A stretch of 64,000 nt of DNA, taken from Octopus vulgaris (taxonomy: Eukaryota). A program made the translations under genes and the position numbers. The notes under the pieces were generated by a model that searched no databases, was not told the DNA's origin, and saw only the letters and a list, made by a program, of their open reading frames with translations. Shown piece by piece: positions 1-12,400 of the stretch; position 1 is the first letter of the stretch, and each line of letters starts with the position of its first letter. The DNA lies in the NCBI GenBank assembly GCA_951406725.2, contig OX597822.1, positions 70,618,001 through 70,682,000 on the forward strand. The letters run 5' to 3'.

Positions 1-415
1 GTAAAGCTACTCTTCAAACAATTAATACCATTTATTTTTATAATTTTTACCTGGTAATGATAGGAATAATACTGTGAAGACAGAACCCAGCCAAGTGCTG
101 CATTAACTTTCATGTAGCAGCTTTTGAACTAATCATTTTTTCTATGAAAAGCAAAGATGGAATTCCGCTAGAATATTTGGTTTACTAACTATATTTATTT
201 TATTCTCCATGTATCATGTGGCAGAGTCATCTGCCATTTAGTGTAGATTCATGTATCATGCAGTACTGTAACATAAGTGTTGCTGCCTTATCCTTACAAA
301 TAAATACCAACCAGTTACCGATATTTTCATGTATCTGTACACTTTTGCATATCCACTGTAACATGCACATGTTTCAGTAGATACAAAGAGCATGATAGAA
401 CTGCTTTTATTCTGA

Positions 416-491
416 ATGGCTGCTAAACAGGATTCACACACTTTCTACCCGTCAAACATATTTAGATCTTCTAAATACCATCCTTCACACC
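416..491 (+). CDS. Candidate alternative first coding exon (MAAKQDSHTFYPSNIFRSSKYHPSH, ends phase 1)
   Basis: ATG at 416 is open for 25 codons + 1 nt up to donor C|GTAAGA (492-497). An in-frame uORF (392-415) stops immediately before it (TGAATG). No homology recognised. Confidence 0.3.
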
Positions 492-617
492 GTAAGAAAG
501 AAATTAACTAGTTGTGTAATTGTAATTGTACTGAGGTGGTAATAATGTGTATGGTTCAACAGTCTTGGAGTATGGTAGAGTTAGAATAATGCCAGCCATG
601 TACGGTATAAAAGGTAC

Positions 618-800
618 AAGTAAAATCTTTCTCTCTTTCTACGTGCACATCTCTTTAATAGAGTTTGTGAATAATCACCAATGGGCTGGAAGTTCAGTTT
701 TCACACGAAGAGACTTCTATTTTTCCTGCTTATTCACACAATATATATGTAAAGGTGCTCATCTGAGTGTAAAATAACATTCATGTGAGAATAAAGCCAG
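618..800 (+). repeat. Unclassified ~180-bp dispersed repeat, copy 1
   Basis: Colinear with 3013-3190; shared blocks include aatagagtttgtgaata, gaagagacttctatttt and ctgagtgtaaaataacattcat. Confidence 0.85.
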
Positions 801-1381
801 CATAGTCTACAGCAGCTTTTCATTTCACCAACTATTTAACATCTCTTTGATACTTGATCATTGTAATTTAGTGACATTACTTCGGTGGCATTGATTTTAA
901 AAAACAAAAACAAAAAGAAAAAAAAATTTAAATCAATTAATACTAATAAATATATCTGAAAAATAATTATATTATGATTTAATCACCGGATACATTCTAT
1001 TTCTTTTGGATGTCGTTGTTATTGATACTGTTGTTATCTTTATTGTTTTTGTTTTACACTAATTATGCATGGTTTTCTCGATGCTAATTCTGGTTCCCCT
1101 CTATTCACATGCTATCATCATCTTTGGCAACAGAACTTCCGTGTTGTGCACCATGTTAAGTTATTGATCCATGTTTAATGCTAGATGAGTGTTCCCCTAA
1201 AGCTTTACAATTGAATGTCAGAGTTTGTCGACTGAATACAATGTTTTCATAGTGTTTATTCAAACTAATGACAAAGCCAAAAAGGAAACAAACTCCCACG
1301 AGAAAAAAAAAATGAAACAAAAGCCAAACAAAGGCAAATTAAAGCAAAAAAAAAAATTTACAAAAATATAAATCAGTTCTT

Positions 1382-1391
1382 ATGCCTTCAG
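1382..1391 (+). CDS. Candidate very short first coding exon (MPS, ends phase 1)
   Basis: ATG CCT TCA G|GTAAAG. The site could instead be an AG|GT zero-length site or chance. Confidence 0.2.
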
Positions 1392-1905
1392 GTAAAGAAA
1401 CTTAAGGATTTTAAGTTTGAATCTCCCAAAGGTCATCTACCACCCCCGTCCAATTCAGTGTTAATAAAATCAATGTACATATTTTTACTTGATATTTCCC
1501 ACTTTTTACCCTCTTTACTGTTGTGTATTGAACTGTTTTGAAGTTTATTGTACTTTTCAAGGTGTTAAGCAGTTGAAAAATATCTTTCCTGTTGCATAAA
1601 AATATAAAAATACCACAACAAAAGACAAAAATTTCCCCCAGAAAACAAATGCTTCTGAGAATCTGAGTTCATTTGCTGCAGACAAATGAAATGAGCCTTG
1701 CTAATACAACCTGTCTGCCATTTTCAGTTGTAAACTGTACATTTGTATTCACCTATTTTCAGTTAGATTAAGTTGCTCACTGAGAGTTAAGTATCTTGGC
1801 TAAGGAAATAATGTAATATCAGTGACAATAGAAACCATCAACTATTCAGCTGTGTTTTCTTTTAGTTTTTATCAGACCATTTCATGTGTAACAAATAAGT
1901 TCGCA

Positions 1906-2516
1906 GTGGTGAAGCATGACCTTCGAATATTAGGCCTTACCAAGGCAATGACTAGTGACCAAGACCTTTGGAAATATGCTGTGCTTGAGAAACATGGCAA
2001 GCCAGGTGAGATCATAACCTCATGGCCTATGCCCACTTATACGTACCTTTCCTTCATTGGACACTAAACTCTGCTTGTGAAGACCTGTTGAGGCAAGTGA
2101 AATCGAAATCAAATTCGATGACTGGCATCCATGCTAGTGGAGCGCTAAGAGCACCATCCGAGTGTGATTGTTGCCAGAGTAGCTAACTGGCTTTTGTGCT
2201 GGTGGCACTTAAAAAGCACCATTCGAGCGAGGTCATTGCCAGTGCCGCTGGACTGGCTCCTGTGCAGGTGGCACGTCAAAAACACCATTTGAGTGTGGCC
2301 GTTGCCAGTACCGCCTGACTAGTCCTCGTGCTGGTGGCACATCAAAGCACCCACTACACCCTGGGAGTAGTTGGCATTAGGAAGGGCATCCAGCTGTAGA
2401 AACTCTGCCAGATCAGATTGGAGCCTGGTGCAGCCATCTGGTTTGCCAGTTCTCAGTCAAATCGTCTAACCCATGCTAGCATGGAAAACGGACGTTAAAC
2501 GATGATGATGATGATG
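1906..2516 (+). mobile_element. 5'-truncated RTE-clade LINE: ORF C-terminus, 3' UTR with ~55-60-bp tandem units, (GAT)n tail
   Basis: Translates VVKHDLRILGLTKAMTSDQDLWKYAV (RTE C-terminal DL..LGL...M..DR..W pattern). Recurring ggtggcac..aaaagcacc units, the aggaagggcatccagctgtagaaa block, and a gatgatgat tail at 2501-2516. Confidence 0.8.
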
Positions 2517-3012
2517 TAGTTTTTTTCAGTGACCAAATACATCTTATCATAGAGGTGTCATAGTGGGAAGTGGTTCAATTTCTGAGTTGCGTTTGTGAGT
2601 TCTCACCTGTATTAATATAATGTAATTATCTCTTGGGTAGGGTACAATACTTCTATAATTAGTGCAATACTTACAAGGTACAATATTTATATTCCTTGCT
2701 TGTTGAAAATTCATGTAACCATCTAATTTTTAAAGTACTGATATATAAATATACAATAAAAAGGTAATTTAATGACCTACTAGAAGTGAAATTTATTGAT
2801 CTTAATTTAGTGAACAGTGTTCCCAATAATAAAATCTCTCATTTTTCAGTAAATGAAAATTTTCTAAGTATTCAACTGATGTAGCACAACAGTTCTTGGT
2901 ACTGAAATCTTAGAATGTAAATTACATTTCGGTGTCCAAAGCAAAGCCACTCTCCAGCCAATTAATATCATTTGTTTTTATTATATTTACCAAATATGGT
3001 GCAAAACGTTCA

Positions 3013-3190
3013 GGTAAAAATTATTTCCTTCTCTATATACACACATCTCTTCAATAGAGTTTGTGAATATTTATCAATGGTCTGGAAGTTCGGTTTTCAT
3101 ATGAAGAGACTTCTATTTTCCTTGCTTATTCACACAATAGATGTGTTCACCTGAGTGTAAAATAACATTCATATGGGAATTGAAGCTAGT
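3013..3190 (+). repeat. Unclassified ~180-bp dispersed repeat, copy 2
   Basis: Direct, diverged copy of 618-800. Confidence 0.85.
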
Positions 3191-3639
3191 ATTCTTTCTC
3201 AGAGCGTAGGGTTAATGAACAGTGTTATTAATGAACAATATTTACCTGTAAATAGACAGTATAATATAATTCATGTAAATTGTCTAAATTTGCTTAAACC
3301 TTCCACTCCATTCCCTCAGGCAACAGAACAAGCAAATAAACATACGTAGAAATATTGTCGTACTACTGATTATTACTGTTTTCACTCTCTATATATTCTA
3401 TATATCACTGTATACTATTAACATTGTATTAGCCTGTATCATAATCACTCAGCAGTGTTTAGTTTTTGTAGCTATATTCATCAGTCAATAGTTGTAAATC
3501 ACTAAACATTTTTAGTCTCATACCACTGTCTCATTCACTTTCCTTTGCCTATGCCATTATTGTTTTCTGTCGCATATCTCTTGGGATTATTTTCCCCCTC
3601 TAACACTTCTGAGACACATGCACACACACGTGTGTGTGT

Positions 3640-3842
3640 GTGTGCATGTGACTGTCACCTTGCCTTGACCTCTCATGATAGCTGTAAACAAGTGCCACCA
3701 TCATGCAGTTGCTCTCCTTCATATCCAGTCTTCCAGGAAAACATGACTGGCCACAAGGAAAACATCACCTTACTTGGAAAGAGATTAGGGTTAGCAGAAA
3801 GAAGAGCACCCGACCACAGAAAAAAATCTGTCTCAACAAATC
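3640..3842 (+). mobile_element. Degenerate SINE, 3' half (family F, related to 39100-39428)
   Basis: Follows a (GT)n run. Shares tgatag.tgtaaa.aagt.ccac, ccagtctt and tctcaacaa blocks with 39100-39428. Confidence 0.55.
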
Positions 3843-4637
3843 ACAGAAAAATGAACACTAAATGCCTCACAATCCTACACTTCTCTTTAGCACCAATCTC
3901 CACTCCTACACAGTTGGTATATACACTCTTCTATGCTACTATGTGCTACTATTATACACATACACATAACCATACACCTACTATCTTATTCATATTACAC
4001 AATGTCTCCATATAACATCTTTATAACAGTATCTCTGTCGACATCTTCACTAACTTAATACTTTTCATTGTCGAAAATTATGATGCCACTTTGTATAAAC
4101 AGCAGAAGAAAGTTGTACCTTATGCTGTCTACATCTGTCTTCTTGCAAATAGGAATGACTCAAATTCTAAGAAAGCAAAGGTTTTATGTTTTTTGTGTTA
4201 TTTTGGGTTAATTCGCTCCGATTAATTTTTTTCTTCTTTTTCATTTAGTTTTACCATATTTTGCATAATACTTTCTTAATATCATCTTTAAAATCTTCCA
4301 TAGCTAACTAGGAAAAGTTGCAAACAAAATAATCTTCTTAATAAAATTTACCATTTTTGGAATTAGATTAGTTTTATAAACTCATTTGCAAATCTATTAG
4401 ACGTGTAGAGTAGAATTGCTTGTACTATTCACTGTTCATAACAGTGCTGATGCTGTCAGTGATGATGACAGGGGAACAAGTGGTCATGTAGTAGTAGTAG
4501 TTGTTGTAGTAGTAGAGTGAAATATTGGGATTGGAGTTATGTTCTGTTTTTTTTTTTTTTTATCCCTATCCTCTATGTGTGTATATGTATATATATGTAT
4601 ATATATATGTATGTATGTGTGTGTGTATATATATATA

Positions 4638-5013
4638 TGTAAAAAGCACCATTTGAGTGTGACTGATGCCAGTGCTCCTGACTGGCACCTGTGCCAGTGG
4701 CATGTAAAAAGCACCATTCAAGCATGACCGATGCCAGTGTCACCTGACTGGCACCCATGCCGGTGGCATGTAAATTGCACCATTAAAGCATGACCGATGC
4801 CAGTGTCGCCTGACTAGCACCCATGCTGGGGGGCATGTAACAAATACCCACTACACTCTCGGAGTGATTGGTGTTGGGAAGGACATCCAGCTGTACAAAC
4901 TTTGCCAGATCAAATTGGCGCCTGGCACAGCCTTATGGCTTCCCAGTGCTCAGTCAAACCATCCTATGCATGCCAGCATGAAAAGCAGATGTTAAATGAT
5001 GATGATGATGATG
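4638..5013 (+). mobile_element. RTE LINE 3' UTR fragment with tandem ~58-bp units and (GAT)n tail
   Basis: Same sequence as 2200-2516. Repeated gcatgaccgatgccagtgtc units; tail ends about 5013. Confidence 0.8.
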
Positions 5014-5310
5014 ACATATAAAAAAATGAGTGAGCATTCATATGAATACTTGTTAGATATTATCATCATCATCATCGGCAAAATAAGTAAATCCAACACG
5101 TTTGTATGTCTACCGTTAGGTTTACATTTGTCACTGCCTCCATTGCTGTCAATATTTAAGCACCTGTTTTGTACTGCTTTGCATCGGTGAGTCTTCTCCA
5201 TTAGTGCTTGTCGACCATTGTCACAGTTCTTCGTCATCTTCTTCATGAGGGCAGCATCTTGAGATCACCACTTCACTCTATGTCTCTTCCTATTCCACAG
5301 ATTCTATCTA

Positions 5311-5882
5311 TTGTGTTGTCCAGAAAGTTTGTGCCGATTTTTAAAGGACAGAAAGAGGTCAATAAATACTTGCTATTACATTTTTAATCAACCAAATATG
5401 AACCGTTTTGTTGCACAATGCATCTCCATCTTTCCTTTAACTTGAAAATACCCTCTTCCCAGAATTGAGGCGGTTTCATGGCAAAGAATTCATCAAGGTA
5501 TCTTTTTACATCATCCAAGGAATTGAAATTTTTATCATTAAGACTATTCTGCAGAGACCTGAATAAATGGAAATCCGAAGGAGCAATATCTGGGGAATAT
5601 AGAGGGTGGGGTAACACATCCCATCCGAGCTGCAGCAATTTTTGTCTGGTTCCCAAAGCATCAAGTGCCGAAAATGAACTTACTTATCTTCCATTTTAAA
5701 GGGTTACAGAATTAACACAGGTTATAGGAATATAAACCTTCTTCCACAAAAAGATAGCTTAAACTGTGCTCTAAATGGAGATGTAGTCAAATCCTATTTT
5801 ATGGACTCAACCATGTTCATGTTCTCAAATAAGTCAAAAGGTAAGCTACAATAAATCGGCACAAACTTTCTGGACAATCCAA
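5311..5882 (-). mobile_element. Internally deleted mariner (DD34D) transposon, 572 bp
   Basis: 30-bp TIRs at 5311-5340 and 5853-5882 (28/30 identical), TA on both sides (5309-5310, 5883-5884), and a transposase remnant inside. Confidence 0.95.
5384..5694 (-). pseudogene. Mariner transposase remnant (N-terminal ~15 codons fused to C-terminal ~90 codons)
   Basis: ATG at 5694 gives MEDK*VHFRHLMLWE. A different frame then gives GTRQKLLQLGWDVLPHPLYSPDIAPSDFHLFRSLQN..., containing the mariner YSPD(L/I)APSD motif, with the stop at 5384. Confidence 0.92.
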
Positions 5883-5974
5883 TACTTTGAACACTTCAGT
5901 CATATGACATCTACTGTACAGATCTGCATATGTGTGTGTGTGTGTGTGTGTTATTGTTTCTTTGTGTTGTGTCA

Positions 5975-6107
5975 TTTAATGGTTCGACAAACAGAGGTCT
6001 CTAAAATAAGTTACAGACTGAAATGATAAAACATTGGAGCCAATATGGTTAGCAAAACCCTTGAAGGTGGTATCCCAATGTGGCTGCAGTCAAAAGACTG
6101 AAACTTG
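5975..6107 (+). mobile_element. Degenerate SINE family A, 3' part
   Basis: aaacccttgaaggtggt...tggctgcagtcaaaagactgaaacttg matches the family A 3' end. Confidence 0.6.
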
Positions 6108-6994
6108 TGGAAGGATGTGTGTGTGTATGTGTGTGTGAATTTCTTCTAACCATCTCTCTCTCTCTCTCTCTCATTGTTTTGTTCTCTCTTTTATGCCTGC
6201 CCCATCAATCTTTCTCATTCTCCTCCCACACATTTTCTGTCACTCCCTCCTCCCTCCACTCCTATGCCTTTTCGTTTCCCTCCTGCTCTCTTTTCTCTCC
6301 TCCTCCTCCTTTCTCTGTCTGTCTCCTACTCCCTCTAATGTTTTTTTATATTAAAAATTTTTTTTTTTTATATATATATATATTTAAGGCTTTTTCTTCA
6401 CATTTCTGTTCTTATTTAATATTATCGATTATTCTGTCATCGTGATTTTTGAGAATAAATCAGATGTTTTCAGTCAAATGAGCTGATTGGAGAAAGTAAA
6501 TTGCATGATGGTCAATACGATAGCGGATCAATTCAAGAAACACCACCACCACTGCCACCACCACCACCGCCATCACCTGCCTCTGCTACTGACAATGGTG
6601 TTTGTTGTGTGAAGGGATAGCAATGACAATAGTGTTATTGACAGTGATGATGATGATGATGATGAAAAGTGGGAGTGGACAAATGATGAACATGGTGATA
6701 AATGATTGATTTTTGTTGCTGTTGTTCTTGTTGCCAGTGGCATTTTAAATACTGTTGATCATAATAATGGTAAAGAGTTTGACAATCTTGCTGGTGTTCA
6801 CAATGATACTGATAAGAATTATGGTGCTGGCAACAGTCTGTGTGTCTGTTATTGTTGTTCCATACGTTTGGTTATATTAGTGACGGCAGCAGGAGCAGTG
6901 GCAGTCGTTGAGGTTGGGTGGGTGTGGGGGAGGGGGCTAGTTGTGGGTAGGGTTCCGTTTGCTGGGTATGTGTGACAGTCTGAGGAATGGTGAA

Positions 6995-7300
6995 GATTGA
7001 TGATGACAATGATGATTAGGATGATGGTGATGATAGTTTTGACGACAAGGTGGACAGTGATGATGTTGACGATGATGATGGCGATAGTGATGATGATAGT
7101 AATGTTGATGATGGTGATGATGATGACGACAGTAATGTTGATGATGGTAATGAAAATGATGATGACAATGATAGTAATGATGATGATGCCAATGATGGTA
7201 ATGATGATGACAATGATAGTAATGTTGATGACAATGATAGTAATGTTGATGATGATGATAACAATGTTGGTAACGATGACAAAGATGATGACAATGATGG
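6995..7300. repeat. Degenerate (GAT)n-derived triplet repeat with higher-order gatgacaatgatagtaatgtt units
   Basis: Strict 3-nt periodicity produces the poly-M, D/N, I and S ORFs in the track. Confidence 0.9.
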
Positions 7301-8755
7301 CATTATCACCAGCATCATTTGGAGTGAGCAACCCCCTGTACAATGTCATTATTGACATAAAGTCCTACTTCCATCTCTCCGCCATTGTAAATTGTAAATC
7401 ATTTCCTCATTTTATGCGTGCGCACCATGGAATTAATATCGCCAGCCCACTGTTAAAAAGGAAACAGTTCATTTGGTCAGTTAAGGAATTTACAAGCTGG
7501 TTTTGAAGACGCTATCCATTTTCTGGCGGCATTGTCACTCTAATAATCATGGTGCTGCTTGTACATTGATTGTTCTGTCCCAATCTATCAGTTTTCACAG
7601 CGTCTTCGCACCTCATCAAAATGTATTTCAGATGTGAGAGTAGCATTCTGTTGAAAACTGAAATCTCTTTTAGTTGCGGAAATAGAAATTGTAATGACTT
7701 CTGAAACTTTTACATGTTGTTAATGTGTACTTTTGATGCATGGTGACATGCAACTGCGTATGTCGCATGCTGTTGTTGCTGTTGTTTTTTTTTCTGTGTG
7801 TGTGTGTGTGAGTGTGTGTGGTAACAATGATAAAGAATTTATTACATTCGACTATATTGCAGTTTTTTTTCTCTCTCTCCTTTTGTGTGCGTGTGATAAA
7901 GAGATCTAGATAAGTAGAGCGAATGTAGTATATATATATATAGTGTGTGCATATGAGAAAGAGAGAGAGAGAGACTGAAGGAGAGAAAGAAAGAGAGAGA
8001 GAGAGAGATTGAGTGTGTGTATGTGTGTGTGAGGGGTGCATTATAGAATATGAGTAGCTTTAGTATATACTATATATTTCTACTGTGAACTGCTATGGCA
8101 GTGCTATTGTTAAAAATCTAATAACTTCTCTACAGTACAAAAAAAAGCTCAAAACAAAACAAAGAAAAAAAAAAGCTAAAAAAAATCAATGGATTTTTTT
8201 TTTCTTTAGATGTAGTGTAGATTAAAATCTTTGATGTTGCACTATCAATTTATCTTCTTCTTATCTTGCTCTTGTTGTTGATGTTGTTGTTGTTGTTAAT
8301 ATTTCAACACCTAGAGATGGCAACAGGAAATAAATACTTCTCTTAAATATTAACAGAACATATTTTCTACTTTGAAACATGTTATAATATATTATGATAG
8401 CCACTTATATGCTATTTTATTATGTTGTCAGCTTTAGTTTTCAATATTTTCTTACTTTTCACAAACTTTCTATCTCTTTTTCATTCATAAATATTTTTTT
8501 TTCCTTGGCATTTTTATTTTCTTTTCAGTTGAGAAAAAAAAATATAAAAATAAAAATCAAAGCAATTTCTTTACTTTATTTTTTATTCTTTTTTTGAGAA
8601 ACTTTTATTGATTTTTAACTGTGTTAGTGACAGTATTTTAATAAGATAGTTTTGTTTTTATTAAATTTTCTATCACAAAGGAAGCATAAATCTACAGCTT
8701 TGAGACTTTAGATTGTAGATTATTAATCTTGCTCTATATACTTATTGTTCATAGG

Positions 8756-9160
8756 ACTAGCATATTGGCAGTAAAATTCTAACTGCTTGCACAACTGTAT
8801 TGCTAGATAGCATGTTTTTTTGTTAAGTATGGAAAAGTAGGATAGTACCTGCCCAAGCCATCATATATGCTCTCCAAGATTGCTGTGGTGAGCTTGATAT
8901 TGTCGAGGTTCTTTCGTGCATTTTGAATTTCGGTAAGCCAGTGTTGGAAGTAGAGGAACCAGCATGTTTAGCAGTAAAATTGTAACTGCTTGTATATCTG
9001 TACTGTTGGGCAGCATGTTTTTTGTTTATTGTGAAGAAGCAGGGTATGACCCATATTCCTCATATACCCTCCATGAATGAATGATGTGGTGAGCTTAATG
9101 CTGTTGAGGTTCATTTGCACATTTTGAATCTCTTTGGGTCAGTGCCGGAAGTAAAGAACA
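8756..9160. repeat. Diverged tandem duplication, two units of ~202 bp
   Basis: gcagtaaaatt.taactgcttg, agcatgttttttgtt, tgtggtgagctt, gaggttc.tt, cattttgaat and ggaagta recur in order in units starting near 8756 and 8958. Confidence 0.85.
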
Positions 9161-9179
9161 GATTTAAGGAGATTAAAAG

Positions 9180-9430
9180 TGATGGTGTATTATTGATGTG
9201 GGGAGAGGGGAAAGGGAAGGGGGAGGGGACTGCTTAGTATGTATGGTATCTGAGGGAACGAAACTGTAAGAACAGTTGAAGGAGATGCAGTTACAGCCAT
9301 TGAATTCAGAAGGTGTGTACACAGCCAGTTCAGAGAAAAGAAAGTTTGTTGTAATTGCAGTTAAACAGACAGAAAAAAAGACATGTTTCATTGATGAGGT
9401 TCCTTGTAGTGTGTTAGTGGTGACTGAGGA
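9180..9430 (-). mobile_element. Possible Penelope-like (GIY-YIG C-terminus) remnant
   Basis: Minus-strand NFLFSELAVYTPSEFN loosely resembles the PLE endonuclease terminal motif LIF.L.TL.P.GLN. Heavily decayed. Confidence 0.3.
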
Positions 9431-12400
9431 TTGATCTCTCGTATGAAGTATTATCTTTGTTATGGGGGGGGGGGGTCACAGTTCAGAATGTGTGTATCTG
9501 GTGACTGTGCTGTCCCTCGTGTTCTGTATTTCTATAGGTATATTGCCAGAAGCTCTTCAAAGTGTTCTTGGTTGCTGTACTTGTGGTGGCAGCATCAATG
9601 GTTTTCTTTTCTTTTGTTGTTGTTGTTGTGTAGGTAATCATCTTTATACTGTTGAATGATCCAAGAAAAATGTGTTACTAAGATGACAGTAAGGAAATAA
9701 AAATATTATGGAATTAGTTTAAGTCTAAGAAATCTTTGAGAAAGAAAAGGAAATGAGTGATACCAACATGTAAAGTGCTAACCATTGAGGTGTTTGATAG
9801 TTTTCTAGCAGAATTGCAAATAGGATTTTCATGTTTAGAAGTTTGTTACAATAGCAGTGAACAATCTGATTAATGATGCAAAACCTTTGCAGTTTTTGTT
9901 ATGCGATGTTTCATAGTATATGATATGTTAGTATTGCTCTAACCTCTACTAAGATGAGCTTAAACTAAACCAGTTCCTTCTCTACTTAGAATTCTTATGC
10001 TTGGCAACCCAAGCATCCAACGACAACTGTTATAGGTTTATGATATATTGCTGTTATTTCTGTGGTTGTTTATTGTAGGTTTTCTTTAGAGAATCTTTTA
10101 CAATTGCTATGATAGCCCAATTGATGCTTTAAAATTTGTATTGTAATGTAACAAAGACGTCAATAATGTATTGGCTCTACAGGTGCAATGTCTTGTCTGT
10201 ATGCATCATAAATCTGGCAAGAAAGCAATATTGTATTACAAATTGAAACGAATTATTCTTATAGTGCTTACTGTTTAACTACTTATCACATCGTAGTCAG
10301 GCAAATGCATTGCATTGCTTTTTCTTTCTTTTTTTTTTTTGCTGTAAAAAAAATAAAAATATGCAGTCATGTTAGCATATATATAATGTTGAAATATGTA
10401 TTTATTAGCATCAATAACAATGATAAGAGCTATAATTTTCTGTGGTCCCTTTAAGATGAAAAGGTTGTTTTATTTAAACTGGTTTCATGACTTGATTCAT
10501 AAGGATTATTAGTTGTCCTAACCAGATTATTTCTGCACTAAACCATGGACCTTTGACTCTCTTGTAAATTGAACTGCTGTATATCAGCACAGAAGGAAGC
10601 CTGTCTTTTTCTTTCTTTCTTTTTCTTTCTTTTTCTTTTTTTTTTTGTATTTTTCCTCATTTATTTGTATTTATTTTTTCCTTTGCATTTTTTATGTTAT
10701 GCCAATAGTTGTGAAAACAAATTATTGATATACATCAGTTTTGGCATCCATCCAGAAGCATATCTCTCTTGTTCTCTCTCTCTCTCTCTCTCTCAATGCA
10801 AGACCTCACATGTTGTAATATAAATACTGTTGAATTATATATCTTTTTTTTTCTTTTATCATTTTCTTTTATTATTTTCTTTCATTATTTACTTGAACTG
10901 CTAACACTGTCTATGTCAACTACTCAATATTCCTTGACAAAAACTAAATTACTGAAAGAAAAAGTGATTAAAACTACTAATAATGTCTTTGCACCATCCA
11001 CAACCATCCACATAGTGACATTATTATGTATGTTAAATGGCAATCTGTACAATTCTATGATATTTTATAACGTTTCTGTCAGTGGGGAATCCCAGATGTT
11101 TTCATGTGAAATTATATCTTAATTTGCTGGGGAGTTTTTTTTCTTTCTTTCTTTTGTATATACATACATACATATATATATATACACAAGCATATATATA
11201 TATTGCCTGCTGATTTGTTTTCAGCAAATTTCAATACATTTTTATTTACCTTTATTTCCTCTTGGACAATTTCTGGGTAAAAGTTTACATTCCAATTAAA
11301 ACCTTTTCATCAATACCTACAACATTATAAATGCTCCTCAATAGGATAATATTTTCTTATTAGTTTGCTAAAAATACATTTTAATGGATCTTTCAGAGTT
11401 ATCTCCATACTTTCCCATCATTTGCATTAACTCTTACTGACAAATAGCAAGTAAGTTGTGTATGAAACTCCACAGTTACTGCTAGTATATAAAAACCCAT
11501 TCACCTTTTGTTATATATTATACATTCTCAGTTTATTTGAAGCCATTGATAACAGGATATGTAATTAGAATAGCTGTATGTAGTTATTATTACATCTGTT
11601 ACATGGGTGTACATCTAAATGGGGTTCATATTGAAGACATTCTTCCCTCTTGAATCGAGCACTAGAAAGAAAAATCACGAACATCTATTTTTTTTTTTTC
11701 CATCACTGAACTTTGCATTCTAGATTTCATATTGCACTTTGTATCCTCAGAGCTCTTCTTCATCTTTATATAGCAACACAAAGCATGTAAATCCCATTGC
11801 TACATACACAAGATGTCATTCATTCTGCATTCTTCCTACTTTTCTGAATGGTTATCAGATATAATTTACTGTTTGGTATACATGTAGTTATCCTAGTTTC
11901 TTCACTCCACAATAGGATAACCTCCAGCATTCAAGTTTTTCTCTGACTGAATTCTCTATTGATTTCTGTCCTGATGCCTGGATTTATATATATTTGTTGG
12001 AGCCAAACTTGCTGCATCTGTCAACACACAGTACATTCTTTGTCAATAACAAATCTAACAGGTTTCCATCATGTGTCAGCTTGTTAAAGACTGATCTGCC
12101 AGACCAGTACAGTTATTATATTATAGACTTTATCTTACACACAAAAAAAAAAAAAAACCTTTAATGTCTTTTCTTAGTTATTACATTTCCAGTTAGAGGT
12201 GGAAAGAGAGAGAGAGGCGGAGGCAGACAGACATTGTTCGTAGTTAAAGTTCAATGTGGCTAGATCTTAATATTCAGCATTGGAAGACAATAGCGACTTG
12301 AAAGTCACCTGGCATTAGAGCTAGTTTAATTTTATGATGTGGACATATAACTATACATGCTAAATACATGACTACAAAGGGTTTCTCATTCATCCACGTT

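Noticed and set aside
2170-2345. Regularly spaced ~55-60-bp repeats (also 4640-4840) that superficially resemble a CRISPR array
   Set aside because: The whole unit is repeated with no unique spacers, it lies within an RTE 3' UTR, the context is eukaryotic, and there are no cas genes.
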